IMG/VR virus record: IMGVR_UViG_3300020123_000589
Coordinates: 87,360 to 151,359 of that record
Strand: one strand, 5' to 3'
DNA: 64,000 nucleotides
DNA from: a virus
Shown: one piece after another, positions 9,651 to 19,522 of the stretch
How positions within the stretch are numbered: position 1 is the stretch's first letter
Layout of the letters: each line of letters opens with the position of its first letter
Made by a program: the position numbers and the translations under genes
Notes under the pieces: generated by a model
The model's input: the letters and a program-made list of their open reading frames with translations, nothing else
Databases searched by the model: none
Told to the model about the DNA's origin: nothing

Positions 9651-11981
9651 ATGGGAACCAACGATCAGGTAAGTCAAGAATATCTATACATAAAATGTTT
9701 TCTTTATAAATACACTCCACCTTTTACTCAGGTGACGTTGCCCCCTGCTGCCACAAGCCAATTTGCGCTTTCTACATTTAAGCCCTATTCAATACCGCTG
9801 GATGACACCAGTTATTTTACGAAATATGATATTTCACAATTTGTTACTTCCTATTCTTTTGAACAGAGTATTGACGAAACAACCTATTCTTGGTCAGTAG
9901 AGTTACAAGATTTGGCTTTGAGTTACGGAACCATTAATAGTAAGTTAAAAGTAGTTCCACCTCCAGGAAGTACTCTTAAAAATGGACTTTCTTTCTCACA
10001 AAGTACAAATTCATTAACTTTGCTATCTGAGTATGAAACTAACGCAAATACATTCAATAACAACAATCCTTCTACAGGACAATTACCAATTTTAGGTGCA
10101 AAATCAAACAGGGGTTTAACGCCAGGACCTCTCACGGTTCAAAATACAAACCTTACTACCGCATTATCTACGATCCACGGATTACGATTGAGTGATTTGA
10201 TTCAAGAATATGATTTTATTTCATTATTTCTTTATAAAAACCAAACTCCTTTAACTGATATTTATGGAGTTTTTACAGTTGATGATTCTTTAGACAACAA
10301 TCCATTACAGATTTTTACATATAAAATTACTTCTGACACGGTACCTTCTTTCCAAAATTTTCAAAACCCAGTAGATCCATTCTTGCAATATGAATCAGTT
10401 TTATTGACGAAAATGCCTAATGGACAAACATTGTTTTCAAATGAATTGAATGGATTTGTAATTAGAAAGAGTATTACAAGCTCAATAAATCAAGTAGATA
10501 AAGTAGTTGTGAGTGGAAATGGATGGAGCCGTTTATTTGGGTCTACTCGTCGTGCAGTTAAAACTTCTTTATTTGCTAATGCATTGTATCAGGCAGGACA
10601 AGTTACTGGTTTGAGTGACGTAACTCCATATGAAAATATATACGCTGGACAACCCATCTCACGAATTATACAAGATTTGTTCGACATCGTATATAAAATT
10701 AATTTTAATACGACAACAGATTCCAATGTTGCTGCGGCGGCAATTCCTATTAATCCTTTAAATTCTACTAATTTAAAAACTTCTACACAGGTACAAGCAG
10801 ATTTTTTTGCAAGTCCAAAAGGAATTGTTGGGCCTCAATTACCAACTCCCGTTGTTTTGGGTCCGACTCTTCCTCCCCTAGGGACTAGTTTTTACAATAT
10901 AACTTCTTTAATTGTTGGGAATTCGTACCCAGCCAATTTGTTTACATTGCCCCCGTATTTGCTTTCTACAGTTATGAAGTTTAGGCCATTTGCATATATT
11001 GAACCAATCAATTTTCCAGTATCTTCTAGTTTTATAAATGGAGCCACTTCAACCGCTTTAACTGCTTCTGGTGCTGGTAATGCAGGTCAAATTTCTCCTA
11101 CTACATTTCAACAAACGATCCAAAATTTTGATGTTGGACAGCAAGTTATAAATTATGGCAGCACAAGCCCAGTATTCATTGATCCTACTGTTCAAAATTT
11201 AAAAGCGTATTTTCAATTTTTGGATACTGTTTTTCTTGCGTATGCTCCACAATTACAAACACCCTACGAAATTTTGGATCAGATTCGAAGTATTGCATTC
11301 GTTGAAATTTACGAGCAGCCCAATGGCCAATTTATTGTTCGTTCTCCACAATACAATAACATGTCTACGACGCTTGCGTATAACAATGCGACTACTCCGA
11401 ATAATACACGTACTGACATTGGCTTGATTCGCAGCAACAATTTAAATATTATTTCCAGCAGTTATTCAACAACTGTGGAAAATTTGGTAAGTAAACTTCT
11501 TACTGGGTATTCTCCAAATATAACCCCAACTGATTTGTTAAAACAATTTGGATATTGTGATGGAAAACTTCTAATTCAAGACGGTTTGTTAGAGATGGAA
11601 ACTGCTGCTAATCCAAATGCAGCCACAGCTCCTTTGTCTAATACAACAACAAATAATAGTAGTACAACTGGGATTTTTGGATGGGCAGAATATTTTATGG
11701 AAATTTCAAATGCTAAATTGAAGACAGGTACGATTGTGTGCGATTTAGATAACACAGTACAGGTTGGGCAAACCTTTATTGACGAGACTAAATTTAAGTT
11801 TGGATATATTATTGGAATTAGTAAGCATACTTCAGTTACTGGCGTAGCTACAATGACTTTGAATCTTTCTTATGTGCGCGATGCTGTTCCTCTATATGCA
11901 ACCGATGGAACAATACAAAATATAAATGTGGATCTTGTTCCAGTTATGACAGATATTGAAAATTCATTTGCGAGTTCCTAA
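9651..11981 (+). CDS. Putative baseplate hub protein
   Basis: 'DISQFV.S.SF', 'EIYEQPNG..IVR.P', C-terminal 'GYI.GISK.......M.L.LSYVR'; synteny. Confidence 0.6.
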   Translation: MGTNDQVSQEYLYIKCFLYKYTPPFTQVTLPPAATSQFALSTFKPYSIPLDDTSYFTKYDISQFVTSYSFEQSIDETTYSWSVELQDLALSYGTINSKLKVVPPPGSTLKNGLSFSQSTNSLTLLSEYETNANTFNNNNPSTGQLPILGAKSNRGLTPGPLTVQNTNLTTALSTIHGLRLSDLIQEYDFISLFLYKNQTPLTDIYGVFTVDDSLDNNPLQIFTYKITSDTVPSFQNFQNPVDPFLQYESVLLTKMPNGQTLFSNELNGFVIRKSITSSINQVDKVVVSGNGWSRLFGSTRRAVKTSLFANALYQAGQVTGLSDVTPYENIYAGQPISRIIQDLFDIVYKINFNTTTDSNVAAAAIPINPLNSTNLKTSTQVQADFFASPKGIVGPQLPTPVVLGPTLPPLGTSFYNITSLIVGNSYPANLFTLPPYLLSTVMKFRPFAYIEPINFPVSSSFINGATSTALTASGAGNAGQISPTTFQQTIQNFDVGQQVINYGSTSPVFIDPTVQNLKAYFQFLDTVFLAYAPQLQTPYEILDQIRSIAFVEIYEQPNGQFIVRSPQYNNMSTTLAYNNATTPNNTRTDIGLIRSNNLNIISSSYSTTVENLVSKLLTGYSPNITPTDLLKQFGYCDGKLLIQDGLLEMETAANPNAATAPLSNTTTNNSSTTGIFGWAEYFMEISNAKLKTGTIVCDLDNTVQVGQTFIDETKFKFGYIIGISKHTSVTGVATMTLNLSYVRDAVPLYATDGTIQNINVDLVPVMTDIENSFASS

Positions 11982-11983
11982 TC

Positions 11984-13051
11984 ATGGCCGATTACAGAAT
12001 TTTTCAAGCTCAAATTTTAGCAAAAGACCCCGTTACTCCAAGGCAGTATTCTGCTGTGGAAATTCCCAATGGCCAAAAATTAGTTGGAGTACAACTTGGG
12101 AATTCAATGCAAAATCAAAGTGCCCCCCTACTTGGGAGTATTGTTTTAGTGTTACAATTGGATGCCTACAGATCTTATATTTTAATGGTGTTACGCGAAC
12201 CATATAATTTTCTAACTACCAATAACCAATACCGTGGTTTTATTCCGTCAACAGGAAATGTAAGTCAGGATATTGCTAATGGTGCAAATCCTGTTCAAGA
12301 TGGAGAAATTTTTATGGAAGCAACAGGTCCTGCTTCTCCTACAGGACAAGGTGTTCCAGGGTTTGGTGCCCATTTATATCTTGGAAATAATGGGGTTGCC
12401 CAGATTGAATCAGGTTCAATGGGGGAACGACTTCTTATTGGCGGTGAAGGTTCTTCAGACGATCATGAAGTTATTTTGTCAGCTGATAATGGATTTTTTG
12501 AATCAAATACTGGCAGTGACAATATACAGAGTACTTTCAACTATACTACAAATTCAATAACGGGATTGACTGAGGGACTTCAAATAGCAGTTCAAACTTC
12601 AATTCCTACTGGACTTGTTACAGTTGAGACACCAATTTCTGAGTTTACAATGGATACTCTTGGAAATACGATTTTACGAAATACGACAGCTGGGATTGAT
12701 AAAGCGTTTCTTAAAATTAACACAACAAGCGATGTACAATTAGGAAATTTAACAAGCACGTTACAATTTGATCCTACTGGAAACATAACATTGACTGGTA
12801 CTACAATTAATTTGAACCAAGGTATTGAACCTGCGGCTAGAGTAAATGATTCTACTTTTTCCAGTGTTACACAAGATCCAGCCTTTTGGCAATTTATTCA
12901 GAACTTATTTATTATATTTAACTTGCATTCTCATGTTAGTGCTGCTCCAGGACAACCAACATCTCCACCTGTTACTCCGCTGACATCATTTCCTACGCAG
13001 ATGGCGGGTATTATTTCAAGTGGTTCATCCACTGTGAAAATAGGAGGATAA
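11984..13051 (+). CDS. Baseplate central spike (gpV/gp5-like)
   Basis: N-terminal OB-like region, beta-rich middle, C-terminal HxH apex 'FNLHSHV...PTSPP'. Confidence 0.7.
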   Translation: MADYRIFQAQILAKDPVTPRQYSAVEIPNGQKLVGVQLGNSMQNQSAPLLGSIVLVLQLDAYRSYILMVLREPYNFLTTNNQYRGFIPSTGNVSQDIANGANPVQDGEIFMEATGPASPTGQGVPGFGAHLYLGNNGVAQIESGSMGERLLIGGEGSSDDHEVILSADNGFFESNTGSDNIQSTFNYTTNSITGLTEGLQIAVQTSIPTGLVTVETPISEFTMDTLGNTILRNTTAGIDKAFLKINTTSDVQLGNLTSTLQFDPTGNITLTGTTINLNQGIEPAARVNDSTFSSVTQDPAFWQFIQNLFIIFNLHSHVSAAPGQPTSPPVTPLTSFPTQMAGIISSGSSTVKIGG

Positions 13052-13052
13052 T

Positions 13053-13535
13053 ATGGCAACCGTAACGCCAGCATCATTAGGTCTTTGTGCAGTTCAGTTC
13101 ATTAAGGCTGTGCTTTGCGGAAACAGTGTTTTAAAAGCTACATTTAAGACTTTTTTGAACAGCCAGATTTTGTTGGCCGATGAGCAAATTGCTATCCTCG
13201 GAGCCCAGCTTAATAGATTAGATATTTTAAACGAGTTTGCACGGTTGGAAATTAACACTTTAGCAGCGGTTCAAAATAAAATTCAAGCAGATCTTAATGT
13301 TGTTTTAGGTCCTATGCAGGGTGCTGCTACTTGTCCTGTAATTAGTCAATTTATGCAACAAGCGCAAAGCGGATCAACATTGAAAGCTTTAGCAGGTATT
13401 CAAAATTTAATATACACTTACAACCGAAGACAATATGTGGCAACAGCTATTTCTAACCAAGTAAAATCTTTGCAAAATTTCGTAAATACAGCACAGCAAT
13501 TTTTAATTTTAATTGATCAAGTTTGTGGTTCTTAA
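13053..13535 (+). CDS. Hypothetical helical baseplate-region protein
   Basis: GGAGG SD; tightly packed between spike and gp25-like gene. Confidence 0.5.
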   Translation: MATVTPASLGLCAVQFIKAVLCGNSVLKATFKTFLNSQILLADEQIAILGAQLNRLDILNEFARLEINTLAAVQNKIQADLNVVLGPMQGAATCPVISQFMQQAQSGSTLKALAGIQNLIYTYNRRQYVATAISNQVKSLQNFVNTAQQFLILIDQVCGS

Positions 13536-13546
13536 GGAGATAATAC

Positions 13547-14023
13547 GTGAGCGATCTATTTTTAGCAACGGCGAATACACCAGGGCAACCTCAAAGTGTT
13601 CCTCAAAAGAGTAATTCCCCATTTTATTTCGGTGAATCGTCAAATGATTTGATTATAGGTGCCAATCAAGATTTTGTACTTGTTTCAGGACTTGATGAGA
13701 CGATCCAAGATGTCCAAAAGATTTTGGTAACGGAGCAAGGAGCCAATACTTTGTTTCCACTATACGGGACAACATTGCAATCTGAAATTGGTAACAAGAT
13801 GAACCCCAATATAATCAGCGGCACAGTTCAGCAACAAATTGTTCAGGCTCTCCAGGTATTGTTTTTGCTTACCCAGAATAGAGCAAGTCCACAAGAAATT
13901 GTTCAGACGCTTTATTCTTTACAGACAAATGTACAAAGTGAAACTAATATTGCAGCCCTTTTAACAGTGATTGCAGCTTCAGGACAGGAAATTACAACTG
14001 GCGTGAACATAGGCAACATTTAA
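13547..14023 (+). CDS. Baseplate wedge / sheath initiator (gp25/gpW-like)
   Basis: 'LVSG.DE.IQ.VQKIL.TE.G.N.LFP.YGT.L' signature. Confidence 0.75.
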   Translation: MSDLFLATANTPGQPQSVPQKSNSPFYFGESSNDLIIGANQDFVLVSGLDETIQDVQKILVTEQGANTLFPLYGTTLQSEIGNKMNPNIISGTVQQQIVQALQVLFLLTQNRASPQEIVQTLYSLQTNVQSETNIAALLTVIAASGQEITTGVNIGNI

Positions 14024-14033
14024 GGAATAAATT

Positions 14034-15698
14034 ATGGCACTTCCAACATTTTCGCAAATCGTTTCTAGTATGCTTTCTTTCTTACAGTCAGAAAGACCAG
14101 ATATTAATACCAACACAGGAACTGTTGTAAATGATGTAGTTGTATCCACGGTTGCTAATCAACTTTCTGCTGAGGATGGAACTTCTCCAAGCGTGTATTC
14201 TAGTATTGCTTATGTGCAAGATGTTCAAGCTTTTGTGAACAATGCAGCTACTATAGTTCCGACCGATTTAGATAACATTGCATTGAATTATGGCTTGACA
14301 CGTCTTCCAGGAACACAATCTACAGGTATTATAACATTCCGTATTCGTAATTATACAACTTCTAGTGCGATAGTAACTGTTCCCTCTGGAACAGTTGTAA
14401 GTACTCTTGCTACTTCGCAATCTCCCGCTGTGTCATTTGCAACTACGGCCACAGTGACATTTTCACCGTCCCTTGCGCCCTCTTATTATAATCCTGTTTC
14501 TGGTTTTTATGAGCAATCCACAACCATTGTTTGTCAAACAATTGGCACCGTTGGTAATGTGGGTGCTGCAACCATTACTTCTCTTGTAGGATCAGTTATT
14601 GGAATTGATGCTGTAACAAATACAACAGCGACGACTGGCGGAACGAATATTGAAAGTAATACTGCCTTTGCAGCACGTATTCAAATTAAGCTAGAAGGTA
14701 ACAACGTCGGCACTCCAAATGGTATTATCAGCCTTGTTGAGACAAATCCAAATGTTATTCAAGCTATAGTTGTTGGACCAAATGATCCAGAAATGCAACG
14801 CGATCAATTTGGAGGTTCTGTTGATGTATATATTAGAGGGCAGGTACTTCTCACAGTTTCTGATACTCCAACGTATACTACCGCAGGTAGCCAGCAATTT
14901 ATCCTAGTTAATCAACCCGCTTTATCTGTAGGATCAGTTACTGGAATCCAAGGCGGTAATCCATATACTTTCGTACCTAATACTGACTATCAATTTGTAG
15001 AAAATCCCAATTTCTTATTTGCTGGAAGTGTGGAAGCGGCAAGTTATATAATTTTTGGTGTCGAAACATTTTTTATTATTACAATGGTAACTGATTTAAC
15101 TCATTTAGTTGTTAATACAACAGTTGGCATGAATCCAGGTGATACAATAACGCAAGGGTCTTTTTCTACCACTATTACCTCAGTTACAGATCTTACTCAT
15201 GTCGTTGTTGGAAGTACTTTAGGATTTACAACTGGTAATGCTTCTTTTACTGGATTTACTCCAGACAATAATACAATCATTACGATTACTTATACCTACG
15301 ACAGTTTAATTGCCACACTTCAAGCTCTGTTTAATGATAATTCTAATCATATTACCGCTTCAGATGTTCTCATACGAGAAGCTATTGAAGCTTTTGTAAA
15401 TTTAACGGCTGGAATTTTAATTGTTCCAGGTTATGTTGCTTCTTCGGTTGTAGCAAATGTTCAGACAGCTTTAACCGACTATATTAACGGTCTTGGTCTT
15501 GGTGCAGTATTGGTTTTAAGTGAATTGGTAACTATTATACAGAGTGTTGCTGGAGTGTCAGAGGTAGATCTTAGCAGCTTAGTAGTACAAACTGTTGAAA
15601 ATGGTATTACCACTACTATTCCACCTGGACAGCAAATAAGTGTTGGTAAAAATGCTTACACAGTTACAAATAGTTTAACTATTACAGTAGAATCATAA
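14034..15698 (+). CDS. Baseplate J-like wedge protein
   Basis: 'LD.IALNYGLTR.PG..S.G', 'G..GNV.A.TI', 'GG...ES...FAARI', 'G.VDVYI', 'I..V.GV..V'. Confidence 0.85.
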   Translation: MALPTFSQIVSSMLSFLQSERPDINTNTGTVVNDVVVSTVANQLSAEDGTSPSVYSSIAYVQDVQAFVNNAATIVPTDLDNIALNYGLTRLPGTQSTGIITFRIRNYTTSSAIVTVPSGTVVSTLATSQSPAVSFATTATVTFSPSLAPSYYNPVSGFYEQSTTIVCQTIGTVGNVGAATITSLVGSVIGIDAVTNTTATTGGTNIESNTAFAARIQIKLEGNNVGTPNGIISLVETNPNVIQAIVVGPNDPEMQRDQFGGSVDVYIRGQVLLTVSDTPTYTTAGSQQFILVNQPALSVGSVTGIQGGNPYTFVPNTDYQFVENPNFLFAGSVEAASYIIFGVETFFIITMVTDLTHLVVNTTVGMNPGDTITQGSFSTTITSVTDLTHVVVGSTLGFTTGNASFTGFTPDNNTIITITYTYDSLIATLQALFNDNSNHITASDVLIREAIEAFVNLTAGILIVPGYVASSVVANVQTALTDYINGLGLGAVLVLSELVTIIQSVAGVSEVDLSSLVVQTVENGITTTIPPGQQISVGKNAYTVTNSLTITVES

Positions 15699-15710
15699 GA
15701 GGATTAAAAT

Positions 15711-17636
15711 ATGAGCATTCCATATGTCACACTAATAAATGAAAGATTAACTGGGCAATCAATTTCTAATGAGCCTCATATCATTGGTATTGTAAATACT
15801 TCAACTTATGAACCTGGATTTGTACGTTTGGTAGAGGTTCCACAAGCCCCTGCCCCACTCTCTTCTGTTTCTATTCCTGGGTATACAGAGATTATGAGTG
15901 GAACACCAACTGGAACTCAATTTTTAGTTAATTACACCACAGGTATAATTACCTTTGATACTTCTAATGATGGAAATAGTATTTTAGTTTCATATGTTGG
16001 TCTTGGGTCCGAATTTGCTGCTGAAGACGTTAATGAAGTACAAAATCCTCTAGGAACGATTGCTACTCAAACTATTGTTTATAATTGGCCAGCCGCTCCA
16101 ACAGTATCATGGTCTTTGGCAAATAATATCGTTTCAAACGCAAATGTAAGTCCCTCTGCCGCTATTGGATATAGCAAATTGAATCTTGTAGGTGATATCG
16201 TTAACGCCGATATTAATGCTTCGGCTGCAATAGCGTATTCCAAACTTAATCTTACGGGAGATATTGTAAATGCTGATATTTCTTCTAGTGCATCCATTTC
16301 TTATTCCAAACTTGCTCCATTGGGTGGAAGTACAAATGATGTATTGATTCAAAGTGGAGGTGGATTTGTAACTCCCTCATCAATTCTCTCTACCAACCTT
16401 TTCTTGGCCGATGGAAGCGTCAACGCTACTGGAGCTTTTAATTTAAATTCTCACCAAATTCATAACGTTACTGACCCAACATCCGCTCAAGATGCTGCTA
16501 CAAAGAATTACGTTGATGGACATACTACAACTCCAGGAGGATCTAATGGAGCTGTCCAATTTAATAATTCAAGCGTATTTGGTGGAGATGCAACTAATTT
16601 ATTTTGGGATAATTCTACTAAACGATTGGGTATTGATACAAATACACCAGCTTCCGCTCTTGATGTAGGTGGTGGAACAATTACAGCAGGAAGTTTAACT
16701 ACCTCTGGTACGATTCAATCCAATGGAGATTTACGTATTAATGGAGCCCTTGAATTACTGTATACAACACAAACTACAAGTTTGTCCTTATCCTCATCTG
16801 CTACATCAGTTCAATTAGTTGATGCTTCTGGAGGTCCTGTAACAATAACTCTTCCTTCTTTAGGAGTTTTCAATAGAGGTACTTATACCTTCGTTAAAAT
16901 TGATAGTTCTGCTAATGCAGTAATAATAACTGCCTTTGGAACTGATACGATTGATGGATTAGCTAGTTACACCTTGAATACTCAGTATGCTCCTTTAACG
17001 ATTATTAGTTCCAACACTGCTTGGTATATTAAAAGTTCCTTTTTAGCAGCTTCTGGAAGTACTGGATCAGTTCAGTTTAATTCTAACGGAATATTACAAA
17101 GTGACTCCTCTAATTTCTTTTGGGATTCTACTACCCATAGACTTGGTATAGGAATAAGTAGCCCATTAGCACCTCTAGATGTTCAAGGAGTAGGTGGAAT
17201 AGCTACTCGATCTGTTTCTGATCATGTGTACAATGAAATTTTGGATTTCACCAATTATTTAATTCTTACTCCTACGGGATCTCCAGCCATTCAATTTTCA
17301 TCCACGATACGAAAACTCTTCGCCCCACTGGGAGCACATGCAGCTACTGTAGATTATGGAAATCGATTACTTTTAGATAGTGCAGGAACATCAATCTTAG
17401 ATTGGTCTACAGCAGCAGTAGTAGCCATATCTGGACAAGTTGGAATTAATCAAACTACACCAGCTGCCTCAGCAGCATTAGATATTGTGTCAACTACTAA
17501 GGGTTTTCTCCCCCCAAGGATGACAACTACTCAAAGAGACGCTATCAGTAGTCCAGCCACTGGATTGGTTGTTTATAATACTACTGATAATCAATGGGAA
17601 GGTTGGAATGGTAGTAGTTGGAGTATATTGGGTTAA
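15711..17636 (+). CDS. Tail fibre protein
   Basis: Fibre motifs 'DPTSAQDAATKNYVD', 2x 'VQFN.....NxFWD....RLGI...P...LDV.G', C-terminal 'KGFLPPRMTT.QR.AI.SPATGL.VYNT'. Confidence 0.75.
   Translation: MSIPYVTLINERLTGQSISNEPHIIGIVNTSTYEPGFVRLVEVPQAPAPLSSVSIPGYTEIMSGTPTGTQFLVNYTTGIITFDTSNDGNSILVSYVGLGSEFAAEDVNEVQNPLGTIATQTIVYNWPAAPTVSWSLANNIVSNANVSPSAAIGYSKLNLVGDIVNADINASAAIAYSKLNLTGDIVNADISSSASISYSKLAPLGGSTNDVLIQSGGGFVTPSSILSTNLFLADGSVNATGAFNLNSHQIHNVTDPTSAQDAATKNYVDGHTTTPGGSNGAVQFNNSSVFGGDATNLFWDNSTKRLGIDTNTPASALDVGGGTITAGSLTTSGTIQSNGDLRINGALELLYTTQTTSLSLSSSATSVQLVDASGGPVTITLPSLGVFNRGTYTFVKIDSSANAVIITAFGTDTIDGLASYTLNTQYAPLTIISSNTAWYIKSSFLAASGSTGSVQFNSNGILQSDSSNFFWDSTTHRLGIGISSPLAPLDVQGVGGIATRSVSDHVYNEILDFTNYLILTPTGSPAIQFSSTIRKLFAPLGAHAATVDYGNRLLLDSAGTSILDWSTAAVVAISGQVGINQTTPAASAALDIVSTTKGFLPPRMTTTQRDAISSPATGLVVYNTTDNQWEGWNGSSWSILG
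16128..16315 (+). repeat. In-frame tandem repeat, about 3 x 20 aa (IVNADI..SAAI.YSKLNL.GD)
   Basis: Visible in the translation of 15711..17636. Confidence 0.8.
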
Positions 17637-17650
17637 AAGGTAACTAATTT

Positions 17651-19051
17651 ATGAGTTTTTACGGGGCAGGAATTTTTGCTGGTAGTGGAGCCTTTTATGT
17701 GGGACCTTTATCTTCCCCCACTGATGGCATTCCACAGAATTTAACTTTTTATAGAACTTCTCAGGACGGAATTTATGTATTCTGGTGGGGTTTTCTTCCG
17801 TCATTTATTACACCTTCTTTAGCTTCTGCTGGGTTTGATTTGGAACTTGATACGAGCCTTTCATTCTCGTCACCAGATCTTGTTACGTTTAATCAATTTA
17901 CTGCTACTACTTTTCAGAACGGTAATGTAGTAAAAGGTTTTGCAGTGCCTGTAGCAGCTAGACAGGAAGGAATAGTACAAACTTGGTATGCTAGGGTGAG
18001 AACTCATACTCCTTCTTATATTTCAGATTGGTCTTTACCACTTACTTGGACAATACCGCAAAAAGTTCAACAGCAATATGCCGAAGCATTGATGAATTCT
18101 TTGCCAGATCTTCATGCCTACGGTAAGGGAGATTTGTTAAAGCCAGTTAATCAGCGCGAATCAAATTTATATTTGGTAGATAATATGTATGGTAATCAAC
18201 TTGATCAAGTTTACTATGCTAATTTTTTAACGCAGACAGACAATTATATAACTTTATGCGTAGATGAAAATCTTTATCAGAATTTTGGGGTTCAGTTTGA
18301 TTTTCCAAAACCCACAAGTATGCAATTTGTGGATTATCGATGGATTTTGATTAATTTAATTAAGGCAGCTTTAGTCGGAAGTACGAACGAAGCTATAATT
18401 CTTACGATTCAATCATTCACTGGTGTTCCACCAGCTATTACAAATATTCGAGATGAAAACGATTTCTTTTTAAACACTATTCAAGATCCACCAATCACTC
18501 CAAGTGGGCCACAATCTGTGTTTCATACTTCGTATCCATATATTGATTCTTCATTAGTTGTGGAAGATATTACTACAGGTCTTTTAGTTCCAAGTAGTGC
18601 ATACACAACAGATGGCGTACAAGGTACTTGGACAATGAATTCGCCTACAACACATACATTACAGGCCATGTTCAATGTTGGAAACCCCGCAAGTCCTTTT
18701 CCTGTTGTATTTGATGCTCTTACAGGAGCGACCACTTTAACTGGATTAGTTACCTTTACAAATGCTAGTACTAATCTTGGGGGATTTGGGACATCATTTT
18801 TATCTCAATTGACCATTGGACAGGAAATTACAGATCCTAATGGAATTTATTTAGGTGAAATATCAGGAATTGCTGATAATACCCATGCAACATTATTAAA
18901 TCCGTGGAAAGGACCCACTGAAGTAGTTACAGCCTATAGACTTTTATATACGGATATTCAATTAGCACCACCCATTTTGTGGGATAGGTCTACTCTTGCT
19001 TGGGGAGTAATTATTACGATTTTTAACCCTGGAGGGTTTGCATTAAATTAG
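17651..19051 (+). CDS. Putative baseplate wedge protein (gpI-like, extended)
   Basis: 'LYQNFG..F.F.KP.......YR..L..LI.A.L.GST..AI...I..FTG' pattern after baseplate J. Confidence 0.55.
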   Translation: MSFYGAGIFAGSGAFYVGPLSSPTDGIPQNLTFYRTSQDGIYVFWWGFLPSFITPSLASAGFDLELDTSLSFSSPDLVTFNQFTATTFQNGNVVKGFAVPVAARQEGIVQTWYARVRTHTPSYISDWSLPLTWTIPQKVQQQYAEALMNSLPDLHAYGKGDLLKPVNQRESNLYLVDNMYGNQLDQVYYANFLTQTDNYITLCVDENLYQNFGVQFDFPKPTSMQFVDYRWILINLIKAALVGSTNEAIILTIQSFTGVPPAITNIRDENDFFLNTIQDPPITPSGPQSVFHTSYPYIDSSLVVEDITTGLLVPSSAYTTDGVQGTWTMNSPTTHTLQAMFNVGNPASPFPVVFDALTGATTLTGLVTFTNASTNLGGFGTSFLSQLTIGQEITDPNGIYLGEISGIADNTHATLLNPWKGPTEVVTAYRLLYTDIQLAPPILWDRSTLAWGVIITIFNPGGFALN

Positions 19052-19061
19052 GAGAATTAAT

Positions 19062-19511
19062 ATGCCAGAATTAAATGACTCAGTAAAAGCAACAGGAAGT
19101 GTGCGAAAGCAACTATTCGACGAGAGTGGAGTTTGTATTTATGACCACACAGATTCTAATCTTATTGTAACTGTTGGCAAGGCTTTTTTAGCCACGTATT
19201 TAGCATCGGGGACCCCCCCATTTATGTCTTTTATTGGATTGGGAACGGGTTCAGCAGCACCAACTCTCGGTGATACAAATCTGCAAACTCCTTTGCCAAC
19301 TAGAGTGGCAGGAACTTTATCAAGTCCTTCTAGCGCAGTGTGGCAAAATGTTGCAACCTTCGGTGCTGGGGTTGACACAGGAGCCATTACGGAAGCAGGA
19401 CTTTTTTCAGCTTCTTCTGGTGGGACGATGTTTGCACGTAATGTATTTTCTGTTGTTAATAAAGGTGCAGGTAATTCATTAGTTGTAACTTGGCAAGTAA
19501 CTGTCAGCTAA
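19062..19511 (+). CDS. Tail/baseplate structural protein (fibre-attachment-like)
   Basis: 'NLIV.VGK..LA', 'IGLGTG...P...DT.L', 'ITEAGLF....G.MFAR....V.K' pattern common in tail modules. Confidence 0.6.
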   Translation: MPELNDSVKATGSVRKQLFDESGVCIYDHTDSNLIVTVGKAFLATYLASGTPPFMSFIGLGTGSAAPTLGDTNLQTPLPTRVAGTLSSPSSAVWQNVATFGAGVDTGAITEAGLFSASSGGTMFARNVFSVVNKGAGNSLVVTWQVTVS

Positions 19512-19522
19512 TAGGATAAAAA

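Noticed and set aside
17490-17636. Bacteroidota host, suggested by the KGFLPPRMTT fibre motif
   Set aside because: Promoters are TTGACA/TATAAT-type and many genes use AGGAG SDs, unlike Bacteroidota signals. The fibre motif is mobile, so the host stays unassigned.
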